Part shown: one piece after another, positions 49,560 to 62,471 of the stretch
How positions within the stretch are numbered: the first letter of the stretch is position 1
Layout of the letters: every line of letters begins with the position of its first letter
Source of the DNA: Octopus sinensis
Taxonomy: Eukaryota
Assembly: GCF_006345805.1 (NCBI RefSeq)
Contig: NC_043004.1
Location: 50,282,001-50,346,000, forward strand
Direction of reading: 5' to 3'
DNA: 64,000 nt
The notes under the pieces: model-generated
Seen by the model: only the letters and a program-made list of their open reading frames with translations
Databases searched by the model: none
What the model was told of the DNA's origin: nothing
Translations under genes and position numbers: made by a program

Positions 49560-52395
49560 CAGGGGTCTCCAAAGTTTTCCAGCGGAGGGCCACATTGCTG
49601 AATTTTTAAAGCTACGGGGCCAAGGTTCTAAATTATTTATTTTACCAAAATAATATAAATAAATAGTGAATTAATAATTAAAAAAGGTTATATTCAGTAC
49701 ATAATCACAATGTATATAATATCAGTAACATTAACATGTTTTTTTAACTTTGATCAATAGGGGAAACATGAAATTGTTTCATTTCTGACAAAATTTTGTC
49801 CAACTGAGGTTCAAAATGAGTGGTTCCAATAACAAGCAATGCATTTAAATGTTCATCAGACAATTGTGATCTGTAGCAGGATTTTGTGTATTTCATCTTT
49901 GAAAAAGTCTTCTCACACAAATATGTGGTGCCAAAAACTGAAAGGAATTCACAGGCAAACCTCCTTAAATGAAGAAATTGGTCGGATGAAGGCATTTGTA
50001 GAATTCAATCAAATTTCCCTCTTTATATTTGTCCTTCAGGATGTCATTGGATTGCAAATCAATAACTTCCATTTGTAACTCAGAAGGTAAGTCTCCAATA
50101 ACAGAGTTAAATGGATTTTCAAAAATTCTTAGTTTGAAGAACATGCATCAAGATCAGAAAAACGTTCTTCAAACTGTTGTTTCAAAGCTAAAATGACATC
50201 TTGAGCAAACAAGTTTGGAAATGGAGTGGCAGCTTCCTGTCTATATTTGTCACATCGTGAAAATTAGTAAAGCAGCTTCTTGTTAACTGACTTTCAAATA
50301 GTATTAATTTCTTACGAAAAGCTTTCACCTTTGAGTACAAATCACAGATGAGTGAAGTTTCACCTTGTATCCGTAGGTTGAAATCATTGAGATGCATAGT
50401 TAAATCGGCTGAAAATGCTAATTTCCAGAGCCATTCACTGTCTTTGAGCAACACCTGTGAATGGTTTTTCTCATTTAAAAATATTTCAATTTCAGTTCGA
50501 AGCTCAAAAATCTAGCCAGAATTTTTCCATAGCTAAGCCATCTTACTGAAGTATAGTAAGGTAGGTCTGGAAACTCAGCATTCATTTCCTCCAAGAAATC
50601 ACGAAATTGGCGATGTTTGAGTCCATGAGATCTTATGTAGTTAACAGTGGAAATCACAGGATCTAATACAGATGATAAATCAAGATGCTTTCCACACAGT
50701 GCTTGCTGATGAAGAATACAATGCAATACCAAAGGTTTCAATCCACCGGAATTCTCAATTACTTTGTTAATTTGCCCAACTAAGCCCTTTTTGGTTCCAC
50801 ACATATTTCTGCCACCATCTGTTGTTATGCATTTTAGTTTTTTCCATTCCAAATTATACTCAGCCACTGACTTTTCCACTTCTCTAAAAATATCTATGCC
50901 TGTTGTTGTTCCATGCATGCTGTGCACAGATACAAGTTCCTCAGTAATCTCAAAATTGGCATTTATTCCTCTGATGAACAATAACAATTGGGATGTGTCT
51001 GATACATCAATTGACTCATCAAGTGCAACAGAAAAGCATACAAACTTGCTGGCTTTGTCTTTTAGCTGTGATTTAATATTTCTTTCAATATGTTCAACCC
51101 TACGAGCAACAGTGTTCGCAGAAAGACTAATTGCGGAAATAAATCTACGTTTTCTGGACACATTTCCTTATCTACCTCATTCAAGCACTTTTAATAAGTT
51201 CACCATCTGTAAATGGCTTACCTTTCTTCGCCAAAAGGTTAGCAACATGGAAGCTTGCTCTTGTTGCTCTCTCTTTTTCTACAGCCTTCTTCTTGAAAAC
51301 AAACTGCATTGATGATAAATTCTTCTTTAATTTGTCAAACTTCTCTTTACGTAGCTGTCCAATGAATTGGTAGTACTGTGATGAATGCTTTTTTCATAAT
51401 GTCTCCGAATGTTGTACTCTTAAGTACTGCATTGTGTCGGTGCATATAACGCATAGTGCTTGTTGTTTGACTCTATGACAAAATAGTCTATGTTCCATTG
51501 TTCCTTAAAAACTCTACACTCAGAGTCGATTTTTCGTTTTCTTCCTTGAGCTAACATTTTTACCATGGGTCGACAGATTTTGCTCGACGATATATGTAAA
51601 AGGACGAAACAAGTAAAAACAATATTCACAGGTCACTCGATACGTGCATTCACTTCGGCAGCGACGACGACAAATGACTCACACTTGTGCACAACGAAAA
51701 CGCTAAGTCTGTGCTGACTGACGGAATGCGCATCGAACTTTACTCACGCTGATTGGCGACTGCACCAGGATTAGAAACCACCACACAACGTCAGGCTCAA
51801 CCCTCTCTATTCATCGCTCGTGAGATGTAGGTAACATCGATAAATCGATATTTGTCTTCTTTATTATACTAGGCACGGGGCTTTTATTAACGTCATACTT
51901 GTCGTATCTGCTCTCTCGACAGTTGACGGAATAGGTTGACTTTTCTGCGACATCAATAAAGCTAGAAATAGAATCTCTGCTTCATTGTAAGCAGCACCAT
52001 CCATCTCTGACAATCGCCTATTATCTAAGATGAATGATAGGTAGCTCCATAGCGAAGTTAATTCATTTTGGTGGTTCTGATGGGTCAGTTAAAACGGGGG
52101 GAGTGGAAAAGAACCTATATTTACACTAAAGTTTAGTGTATAAATTTTTAATTCGCCGGCGCAATTTAAAGACATTAATTGATGGCAAATCAATTAGCGT
52201 CGTCTTGCGTCTATTTGCTGTACTATATTTGTCAAACGTATTAAAAGGGGTGTAAAGTATATTTGTTTTTGTATGATTTCGGCAAGGCTTGTTTTTCGAC
52301 ATTTGTTTTATAATTTTGGAGGACAGCTCGGCGGGCCGGATTAAAAACCTTGGCGGGCCGAATCCGGCCCGCGGGCCGTACTTTGGAGACCCCTG
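49560..52395 (-). mobile_element. Full-length hAT transposon (SPIN/Buster-like), 2836 bp
   Basis: Perfect 15-bp TIR CAGGGGTCTCCAAAG; perfect 8-bp TSD CTGTAGGT (nnnTAnnn) at 49552-49559 and 52396-52403. Confidence 0.95.
49744..51566 (-). pseudogene. hAT transposase (SPIN/GTF2IRD2-like) with several frameshifts
   Basis: RKRKIDSECRVFKEQW, FSVALDES.DVSDTSQL, TTDGGRNM, HCILHQQAL, EVRW-like SVRWLS, FGTTYLCEKTFSKM. Confidence 0.92.
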
Positions 52396-52658
52396 CTGTA
52401 GGTCATAACACTCGGGCAACGCCGGGATGTATTGTTAGTAAATTGATAAATGAAAAGTTAATAGCTTTTAAAGTTTGCAAATTTTGGTCCGCTGTTGCCG
52501 GGCAATTTTCACAGTAGAATGTTTCTATTTCAATATTTTTTTTTATTCCATGTCAAACTCAGTAGCGTAACTAGATTCTAAAAAATGGCGCTGTGTCATA
52601 CACCAAACTATTTTAAACTCATTTCTCTTCTATTACCCGAAGTGTTTAATTAGTTATA

Positions 52659-53042
52659 TCTTTATATATAAAAGTAAGGTTGTGTGTCTGTCTCCTACGA
52701 TTTAGATTCCTAACTACTCCCACATTTTGCGGTGCAGTTTAACCAAAACCGGGTATCTTATAGTCGTGATTCATATCGAGCCCTTCTGGGTATTAGCGCG
52801 CGTCTACGATTTAAAAAAAAAATTACCATCAATTTTTCCCATTTTTAATGCATTTTTGGCATATATAAGGGAAGTAACTCTCTAAAAAGTTATTATTAAA
52901 TCTCAGAACGTAAAAAAGCTACAGTAACACCCCCCACTTTGTGGTTAGCCATATTGAGATGGCTATTATACTTTACATCTCTAAAAATGCTTATATAGTT
53001 ATTTCCCTTACAAATCCCAGCAACGCCGGGCGATACTGCTAG
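52659..53042 (+). mobile_element. Non-autonomous Helitron, same family as 20953-21347
   Basis: a|TC start; cagcaacgccgggcgatactgCTAG|t end. Confidence 0.88.
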
Positions 53043-53351
53043 TTATACGTAATTGTATTCTTCATTCATTTATTTCATGCTTCGGTAGCAATGTCATTAT
53101 GTATGTAACTTACAACTACTGATATAGGCGTGACGTGTAAAAGATGAAACTCCACGATCCCATGGAGTTTCATCCCGTGGAGAGGTTATGGCACCAGAGT
53201 TTGCTTTGGTTCTTCAGATGCCAGCGGCAGCCAACACATTACAGGAGACTGAATAGACAGTTAAAAAAACACAGGAAGTTTGGTCAAATATAGTAATAAC
53301 TCTAGAAAGTCCTTCCAAGGCCAAGCGATTAACAAATAAATAAATATGGAA

Positions 53352-53730
53352 GCACTCCGTCGGTTACGACGACGAGAGTTCCGGTTGATCCGATCAACGG
53401 AACAGCCTGCTCGTGAAATTAACGTGTAAGTGGCTGAGCACTCCACAGACACGTGTACCCTTAACGTAGTTCTCGGGGATATTCTGCGTGACACAGATAG
53501 TGACAAGGCCGGCCCTTTGAAATACAGGTACAACAGAAACAGGAAGTAAGAGTGAGAGAAAGTTGTGGTGAAAGAGTACAGCAGGGATCACCACCATCCC
53601 CTGCCGGAGCGTCGTGGAGATTTTAGGTGTTTTCGCTCAATAAACACTCACAACGCCCGGTCTGGGAATCGAAACCGTGATCCTACGACCGCGAGTCCGC
53701 TGCCCTAACCACTGGGCCATTGCGCCTCCA
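53352..53730 (-). mobile_element. SINE family B, full length
   Basis: Reverse complement of the tRNA-like head at ~53730, with the complete 3' body. Confidence 0.85.
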
Positions 53731-53959
53731 AATAAATAAATAAACAAAAGAGATTCTTCTTTTATCGCACAAGTAACCTAAAGAGTTTAAAAAAAAAAAA
53801 AAGTTGTTTGAAAAATATGCTCGGGGCAAGCGGTTGCTCCCCTAGCTCTCCTTGGTCCCCAGTTAGTTACGTAACCGATCAGACCATGTCGTCCCCGACG
53901 GATAGGCCTCTTGACGAGGACGGATTTCTGAATTATTTGGAGCAAGGTATAATGTCTCG

Positions 53960-54200
53960 ATAAACGAAGTTTTTTTGTTTTTCCAGTTGGTGTGTAGATG
54001 TGAAGATTTTTCTCACTTCTTAGTCTTGAACATCCGACGTAAAGCTGACCATGGGTGAAGTAGAGCTCTTCAAGATGTAAAGCGACAACCGAAAATGTTT
54101 GTTTTTGCGATTTGTTGATGGTCATGGCAAAAGTAAGACTAACTAGAAACCGAAGTCGTTGGAATTGAAATGGGACATCGTCTCCTAAGTGTGTACGACG
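53960..54200 (-). pseudogene. Pif1 C-terminal fragment from a Helitron derivative
   Basis: FAMTINKSQKQTFSVVALHLEELYFTHGQLYVGCSRL. Confidence 0.8.
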
Positions 54201-55419
54201 GAGGTTCTGATGCGCATGATCGAGTGTCTCCTGAGAACGTGCGACAGAGGTTCGCGTTCGCATGTCATCTAATATATAATCTAACAATGAGTTTATTGTA
54301 TACATATACATATACAGAGAAAAAGTGAGAAAGAATAGCAGCAGTTGCATATATAGAGGGGGAAGTTTACAATGAGAAAAGCGTAAAAGACAGAGAAGAC
54401 AGATAGAGAGGGGGGGATTTTTTTCTGTTGCTATCACAGATTTTGACATTTTAAAATTAAGAGATAATATTCATATTTGGTATATTGATATAACCTGAAT
54501 CCGATTTTGAGTTTGATAATTTTTACCTAATTAGAAAACAGGATTTAGAAGCTGGCATTTTCTGCATCGTAACTTTTTCTATCACAAAATGAAAGTAATC
54601 ACATCGACGAAGTTTCAAACAAAATGAAAGCAAAACATTACTACAACGAAAGTTGTAAGAAGTTTCATAAGTTTTAATGAATGAAGTTATGTCGAACAGA
54701 AGGCTTTGTAGCGCATCTGAGCTCGGTATACAATAAACTCATTATTAGATTATATAGATAACTGAAATTCATACTTTAAATAGTCCTCAAACTTCACTTA
54801 TTTACCTTACTCTTTCTCTATCTGTCTCTCTCCCTCCCTCCCTTTCTCTCCCCCTCTCTCTCCTCTCTCTTAATAAGACGAAATGGGGTTTGTATCCGTA
54901 TAATTCTTCTATCTCCGGCATAATGTTAAACATCTGCCCTCCACCTCGCTTCTCAAAGCTCACATCCACCCCATGCTCCAACGAGAAACACTGAATTCCT
55001 GAGTGATGCTATCTGTGTGCAAAATAAACAATAATTAGATTAATGTTAGCATAATTAAAGCAGTGAATGCGAAGTAATAAAAATATATAAATTATAAAAA
55101 TATATAAATTATATATAAAAATATATAAATATATAAATTATAAAAATATATAAATTGGCAACAAAATATTAAAAAACAAACAAACTTGGAACAGGTGGTA
55201 AAACAGACTTCATTTTTAATATAAAGCCGTCCCCCCCTACCTCAGATGTAAACATTAGTAGGTGTATTTTTACATCATAAACTGTAGCTAAAATAGGGAT
55301 GGTCTATGTAAATGCGTATTCATCTTCTGCATACACGCACACACACACACACACACACACACCACACACACACACAAAACAGATACTCATACTTATATGC
55401 ATATATATTCATTCATGTT

Positions 55420-55722
55420 GAGGCGCAATGGCCCAGTGGTTAGGGCAGCGGACTCGCGGTCATAGGATCACGGTTTCGATTCCTAGACTAGGCATTGTGA
55501 GTGTTTATTGAGCGAAAACACCTAAAGCTCCACGAGGCTCCGGCAGGGGGTGGTGGCAATCCTTGCTGTACTCTTTCGCCGCAACTTTCTCTCATTCTTT
55601 CTTCTGTTGGCCTGCTCGCTTAGCCAGCGGGGTGGCGTCATTCGAAGGCTAAAACAATGCGAAACGCATTGTGACCAGCGATGTGTAGCAACATCTGATG
55701 GTCTGGTCGGTCACGGTCACGG
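55420..55722 (+). mobile_element. SINE family B variant
   Basis: Matches 34035-34308. Confidence 0.85.
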
Positions 55723-56021
55723 TGATATTCACTCATACACATATGCACACACACACACACACATACGCACATACACACACACAAACGCATACACCCACAC
55801 ACACACACACACACACACAAACATAAATGCATACGTTTCAAAGTATTTCTCTTCAGCCAAAAAAGTTTTCAGCAGAAAAAACCGTTCGAGAACAGAAATT
55901 GGCAGTTTTGAAACTGACTTTAAAATATTGTTTTTAAATACACACGCATACGCGCGCGCCACACACATGCACAAACACATACACACATACATACATGCAT
56001 ACATACATACGTGCATACATG

Positions 56022-56341
56022 CAGTAGGGATCTCCGTCGTTCTGCGACGAGGAATCAGTCGTCCAATTCAACTGAACTACCTGCCCATGCAAGTGACTTA
56101 GCATTCCACTGAAACGTCTAGCATTGACGTAATTCTCGGGTGGCACAGTAACTGTAAATTTTGTATTACGGGTACAATGCATCCGACGAGATTCCAGCTA
56201 TCCAGTTTCGCTCACAAAGTATGCATTGACTCAAGGCTATAAGAAGATACACTTGCTCAAGATTACCAATGCAGGAGAATCGAGCCTGGACTTTGTGATT
56301 GCGGAGCGAACTTTATGAACTGTTCGTTCCACTGCGCCTAC
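56022..56341 (-). mobile_element. Degenerate tRNA-derived SINE with a family-B-like tail
   Basis: taggcgcagtgg head at ~56341; tail similar to 53352-53500. Confidence 0.5.
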
Positions 56342-57803
56342 ATATGTATGTATGTATGTATGTGTGTATGTATGTATGTATGTATGTATGTATGTATGTA
56401 TGTATGTATGTATGTATGTATGTATGTATGTATGTATGTATGTATGTATGTGTGTGTGTATGTGTGTGTATGTGTGTATGTGTGTGTATGTATGTATGTA
56501 TGTGTGTGTATGTGTGTGTGTGTATGTGTGTATGTATGTATGTATGTATGTATGTATGTATGTATGTGTGTGTGTGTATGTGTGTATGTGTGTGTGTATG
56601 TATGTATGTATGTATGTATGTATGTATGTATGTATGTGTGTGTGTATGTGTGTATGTGTGTGTGTATGTATGTATGTATGTATGTATGTATGTATGTGTG
56701 TGTGTGTATGTGTGTATGTGTGTGTGTATGTATGTATGTATGTATATGTTTGTGTGTATGTGTGTGTATGTGTGTATGTATGTATGTATGTATGTATGTA
56801 TGTTATGTATGTATGTATGTATGTATGTATGTATGTATGTATGTATGTATGCATGCATGTATGTATGTATGTATGATGTATGTATGTATGTATGTATGTA
56901 TGTGGAAATATTAATCTCGACAGGCTTCTTTCTCTCCATTTTTCCTTCTCATCCCTTGCCATTGAAGAACATAGGCTCGAAACGTTAAAGACGTTCCTAT
57001 TTTTCCCAAGCGTCAAACTAATACACCTGCTTGTTGTTGCCTCACCTATCTGTCTTTTGTTCTCTGGACATTTGAACCATATGCATGCATGCGCGCGCAT
57101 GTGATGCTACTATTGCTACTATTGTTACAGTAGTGGCATTATCGGCGCTGTCTGTAGACAAACAGACAGACAGAGAGACAAACAAACAAATTGCAGACGA
57201 CGGATGGACGCAAATAACCCTAAGTGTTGAAAGGAAATAAGCTCACAAGAAAAATGTCACATTTTGTTAAAACTACAACAAACAATAAGCTAATTAAACT
57301 AATATTCTCTAAGTGGCTTAATAATTGACAATATATGCCTTGTACCCAATGACAATACAATTTGTATTACGAAAACAAATCACGTTTTATTCAGTATCTG
57401 AAATGAAACAGCTAAAAATATCCAGTAGGTTTATTGAAGTTTTCCTGTAACATTTTTTATGATTCGCAAGGCAACGAACACTTTTGGTGGAACCAGTAAA
57501 ATAGTGTGCGTACACGCACGAATATGTAATTCTTGAAGTTTAAAACACTGTATTCGCGTATCATTGTCACATTTGCTATACATACTTTATTTATCAGTTC
57601 AAGCCCGAAGATCTATCTTCCTGTCTATCTGTATGTATGTGTGTGTATGAATGCGCATACATGTGTGTGTATATGTATGTATGTACGTACGTACGTACGT
57701 ACGTACGCACGTATGTATGTATGTATGTATGTATGTATGTATGTATGTATGTATGTATGTATGTATGTATGTATGTATGTATGTATGTATGTATGTATGT
57801 ATG

Positions 57804-57842
<39 letters not shown>

Positions 57843-58100
57843 ATGTATGTATGTATGTATGTATGTATGTATGTATGCATGTATGTATGTATGTATGTAT
57901 GTATGTATGTATGTATGCATGCATGCATGCATGTATGTATGTATGTATGTATGTATGTATGTGTGTGTGTGTATGTATGTAGTATGTATGTATGTATGTA
58001 TGTATTTATGCATGTATGTATGTATGTGTATGTATGTATGTATGTATGTATGTATGTATGTATGATGCATGCATGTATGTATGTATGTATGTATACATGC
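56342..58100. repeat. (TATG)n/(TG)n microsatellite blocks at 56342-56905 and 57630-58100
   Basis: Direct inspection. Confidence 0.95.
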
Positions 58101-58422
58101 GTATAAGATTCATAATGTTATGTATACAAACCTTGAACGGTGTTAGTAGTGATGTTTTGCAGTAGAGAAACTTACATATTAAAAAACTGAGTTTGGAATA
58201 CCTGGAGTTGTTTTGTTCCTTGAAGAGAACGAAAGAGGTCGAAACATTGTGTCTGATGATATTCTGAGCGAGGTTTGTAGTTTCTAACACACAAGTCTCT
58301 TTGTTCCTCTGAAACAAAATAGTACAGCTGGTGCCATTCTTCTTCTATATGTACATTATTAATGTTATGCAGACCGTTAGTTTAATCCCTTGCCGTTTCA
58401 AGTGCGTACGCACGCACACACA

Positions 58423-58482
<60 letters not shown>

Positions 58483-58692
58483 AAGCGTATCGAAGAATGG
58501 AATCAGTAAATTGCTAACTTCGATATTTTTTATAATATTATAATAAATACTCTAGGGAAGGCGACGAGCTCACAGAATCGTTAGCAGGCTAGTCAAAATG
58601 TTAGCAGAATTTCGTCCGTCTTAATGCTCTGAATTCAAATTCCGTCGAGGTCGATTTTACTTTTCATCGTTTCGGGATCGATAAAATAAGTA

Positions 58693-58865
58693 TAGGCGCA
58701 GGAGTGGCTGTGTGGTAAGTAGCTTGCTAACCAACCACATGGTTCCGGGTTCAGTCCCACTGCGTGGCATCTTGGGCAAGTGTCTTCTGCTATAGCCCCG
58801 GGCCGACCAATGCCTTGTGAGTGGATTTGGTAGACGGAAACTGAAAGAAGCTTGTCGTATATATG

Positions 58866-58896
<31 letters not shown>

Positions 58897-59120
58897 TTGT
58901 GTGTCTGTGTTTGTCCCCCTAGCATTGCTTGACAACCGATGCTGGTGTGTTTATGTCCCCGTCACTTAGCGGTTCAACAAAAGAGACCGATAGAATAAGT
59001 ACTGGGTTTACAAAAGAATAAGTCCCGGGGTCGAGTGGTTCGATTAAAGGCGGTGCTCCAGCATGGCCGCAGTCAAATGAATGAAACAAGTTAAAGTAAA
59101 GTAAAGTAAAAGTAAAAGTA
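58693..59120 (+). mobile_element. SINE family A, full length
   Basis: Family A consensus match. Confidence 0.9.
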
Positions 59121-59180
59121 AGTACCATTGTGCTTTGGAGGTCGATGGAATAGACTACCCACTCTAATCCTAATTTTCAG

Positions 59181-59493
59181 ACCATATGCATATAGCAGAA
59201 AGATACACTATAAATATCGTTCGAATTTTCGGATAACTGTTGCAGTGGTGTCTTATGAGACCGTCCCACCTTTCAGTTTTCAAACATTCAGTATCCATAG
59301 AACTATATATTACGATCATTTGAATTACTGTCTCTTCGGACAAGCAATTGTTTGCGATAATCAGATCTATCGATTTGGATTTGGACCAGCATGTGACCAG
59401 GATGAAGCGGAAGTTGCAGCATGTTTCACATTCGAAGAACGAACATATCTGATGATCGCAAAGCGTGAAACCGACGGCAATGTTTTCTACTAA
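59181..59493 (+). CDS. Candidate terminal coding exon of an unidentified gene (~104 aa)
   Basis: Branch-like ctaat plus ttttcAG acceptor at 59180; open frame PYAYSRKIHY...CDQDEAEVAACF...GNVFY* in non-repetitive sequence; no family recognised. Confidence 0.4.
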
Positions 59494-59625
59494 GTTCGTA
59501 GGATTCATAATATTAAATCATTCATTTTCTATTTCGTATACTGGATATTCCGTATTTTTTTGCGTATCGGTTATACTTGATGCACACACACACATAAATA
59601 AACATATACATGCATATATATATAT

Positions 59626-59696
<71 letters not shown>

Positions 59697-59940
59697 CATG
59701 CATGCATACATACATACATACTACATACATACATACATACTACATACATACATACATACATACATACATACATACATACATACATACATACATACATACA
59801 TACATACGTACATACATACATATATATATAGAGAGAATTAAAATCAAAATGAGGGTGAAAATTAGATATTGATTTAATAACATCAATTTAACACCAGTGG
59901 TCTAGCATATAAAAAACTGAGATTCAGTAAATAGGATTTA

Positions 59941-60500
59941 ATACATAAATATAAGGGGGGACCACTATGTGGAAGACCTTACACTAGAAAGAGATCCGCA
60001 TAGGTCTCAACCACTAAGAATCGTTCTCCATTTTGATTTTTAATGTTTATTTAATTAATTTTATTTGATTTTAATTTTAAATTAATACGTTCTCAAACCG
60101 GCGAAAACTACTGCAGTGAATTATTTATGCAGTATTTATTTCCGGTAATTTAGCGATCCTAAACGAGGACTTTTGAAAATAACCGCAGATATAATAGGTG
60201 GAACTACATGCATTTTCGATCTCGTGTTGATATCTGGCATGTAGTTCTACAAATTATATCTAACTGAGAGGATCTCACTGACGATCTACAGATAAATTGT
60301 GTACGTAAAATTACGTAATTTATTAATAGTGACACACTTGTTTGGGATTAATCTATATTTTTGTTATTTTTCATTTGTCTTGCTCGTTTACGTTTCTGGT
60401 GTGCTAAACTTTCTGGAGAACAATTCTTAGTGGTTGAGACCTATGCGGATCTCTTTCTAGCGTAAGGCCTTCCACATAGTGGTTCCCCCTTATATTTATG

Positions 60501-60505
<5 letters not shown>
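59941..60505. repeat. ~90-bp inverted repeats around a ~380-bp spacer
   Basis: atacataaatataagggggga.ccactatgtggaag...gagatccgcataggtctcaaccactaagaat and its reverse complement at ~60414-60505. Confidence 0.85.
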
Positions 60506-60536
<31 letters not shown>

Positions 60537-60791
60537 TAAACATATACATATGCATATAGTCGAAATTTATAGAAAAACAAAAGACGAAGACAGGTGTATG
60601 AACAACAAGTGTATTAGTTTGACGCTCGGGAAAATAGAAAAGTCTTTTACATTTCGAGCCTACAGTCTTTAACAGAAAAGAATAAGAGAAAACAAACAGA
60701 GAGAATGAAAAAAAATTGTAGATTTCAGTGGTCTACCATGGCGAATAATTGGAAAAAATAGGTTGAAAGAAAGGGAGATAATATATATATT

Positions 60792-60868
<77 letters not shown>

Positions 60869-60904
60869 TGTATGTATGTATGTATGTATGTATGTATGTA
60901 TGAA

Positions 60905-61192
60905 TATAATTAAGAGAAATAACCTCTATTAAGCAATTCAATAGTGAAATACATTATCCATATTATATAGAAAAAAATTTAAATATATAATAATAAATAT
61001 TATTTTTTTAAAAATCAATAAATTAAATAAACATTAAATTGACCACGCGCGTAGTCAATTTAATGTTTATTTAATTTATTGATTTTTTTGAATAATATTT
61101 ATTATAGTATATTTAAATTTTTTTCTATTTAAAATGGATAATGTATTTCACTATTGAATTGCTTAGTAGAGGGTTTTACTCTTAATCATATA
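60905..61192. repeat. ~288-bp spacerless AT-rich palindrome
   Basis: Centre acgcgcgt at 61045-61052; arms of ~140 bp with scattered mismatches. Confidence 0.9.
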
Positions 61193-61369
61193 CATATATT
61201 ATATATTGTGAAATTTGATTTAGAATTGCTAAATTGAATTTTTCCCTGTAAGTTTGGAATTATATTCCCAACTATTATATATATACATACATACACACAC
61301 ACACACCACACACACTCACACACACGCATACGCACACATACACACTCACACACACACACACAGACACAG

Positions 61370-61402
<33 letters not shown>

Positions 61403-61411
61403 CACGCACAC

Positions 61412-61442
<31 letters not shown>

Positions 61443-61573
61443 TATGACGTGCTTATTTCAGTTTCAGCTTTGATTGGCCCGAGGCTATAGTATAAGACAT
61501 ATGCATAAGCCCTTACAGTTTCTTTTACCATGAACATTAATAAAAGTCAGGGCCAAACACCTTACGCTATATA

Positions 61574-62462
61574 TACACGAAATCTGATCAATAAGTATCC
61601 GGACTGTTGCTATAGTAACGAAGCTAAAGCACGCACAGTGAAGCCGCTTGGCACAGATTGACCTTGAACTGTGCTGTACATGCACATAAAGTTTTAACGT
61701 TCTAGTTCACATCCCCTGTTTGCAGCAGTGCTTGGAATTAACGTGTAACGTGTGATCGTCACATTGACCATGACAGGGAAAGTTTTCACGGTGACACCTG
61801 CTCAGAGGCCTGGGCAAAGTTGCAGAAAGTGTATGGAGAAAAGTGTATCACTCGTACACAAATGTACGAGTGGCTCGTACCTTTCCAAGATGGCCGGAAA
61901 AGTGTTGGTAGTGACGAATGTTCTGGGAGACCCGCAACCAGCAGAGCTGAGGAAAACATGGTAGATGTGCATGCAGCTGTGAGGGGAAATCGTCGAATCA
62001 CAATCCGTGAGTTATCAGAGGATGTGCAGATTAGTTACGGTTCAGTTCAATCCATTATCACGGAAGATTTGGGTATGAGACGCGTGTCTACCAACTTTGT
62101 GCCAAAACTGCTTTCAGCTGACCAAAATGACTCTCGGGGTTTCAGTTGCACAAGATCTCCTTGATTGTGTCGAGAACGATGAAAACTCATTGAAAACTTT
62201 GCGTAGGCCTCTGAGTAGGTATCCCCAAGCTTTTGGCAAAATTCGATGCAGATTCTCTGCTCAACTTTCTCCATCATAGTCAATGCGACGATTACACGTT
62301 ACACACGTTACTACAGTAAACAGCGGAAGTATGCTTGAACGTTAAAACTTAGTGCGCATGCACAAAGAATTTTAGGTCAATTTGTGCCAAGTGGCTTCAC
62401 TCTGCGTGTTTTAGCTTCGTTACTATGGATACAGTCCGGATATTTATTGATCAAGCCACGTA
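61574..62462 (+). mobile_element. Mariner derivative with ~200-bp TIRs
   Basis: Long inverted arms; HTH region VYGEKCITRTQMYEW..SGRP..FVPKLL on +; N-terminus EQRICIEFCQKLG inverted in the right arm. Confidence 0.82.
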
Positions 62463-62471
62463 TATATATAT

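Noticed and set aside
54950-55015. Short minus-strand acceptor/donor pair
   Set aside because: About 49 nt with an ambiguous frame; such signals arise by chance.
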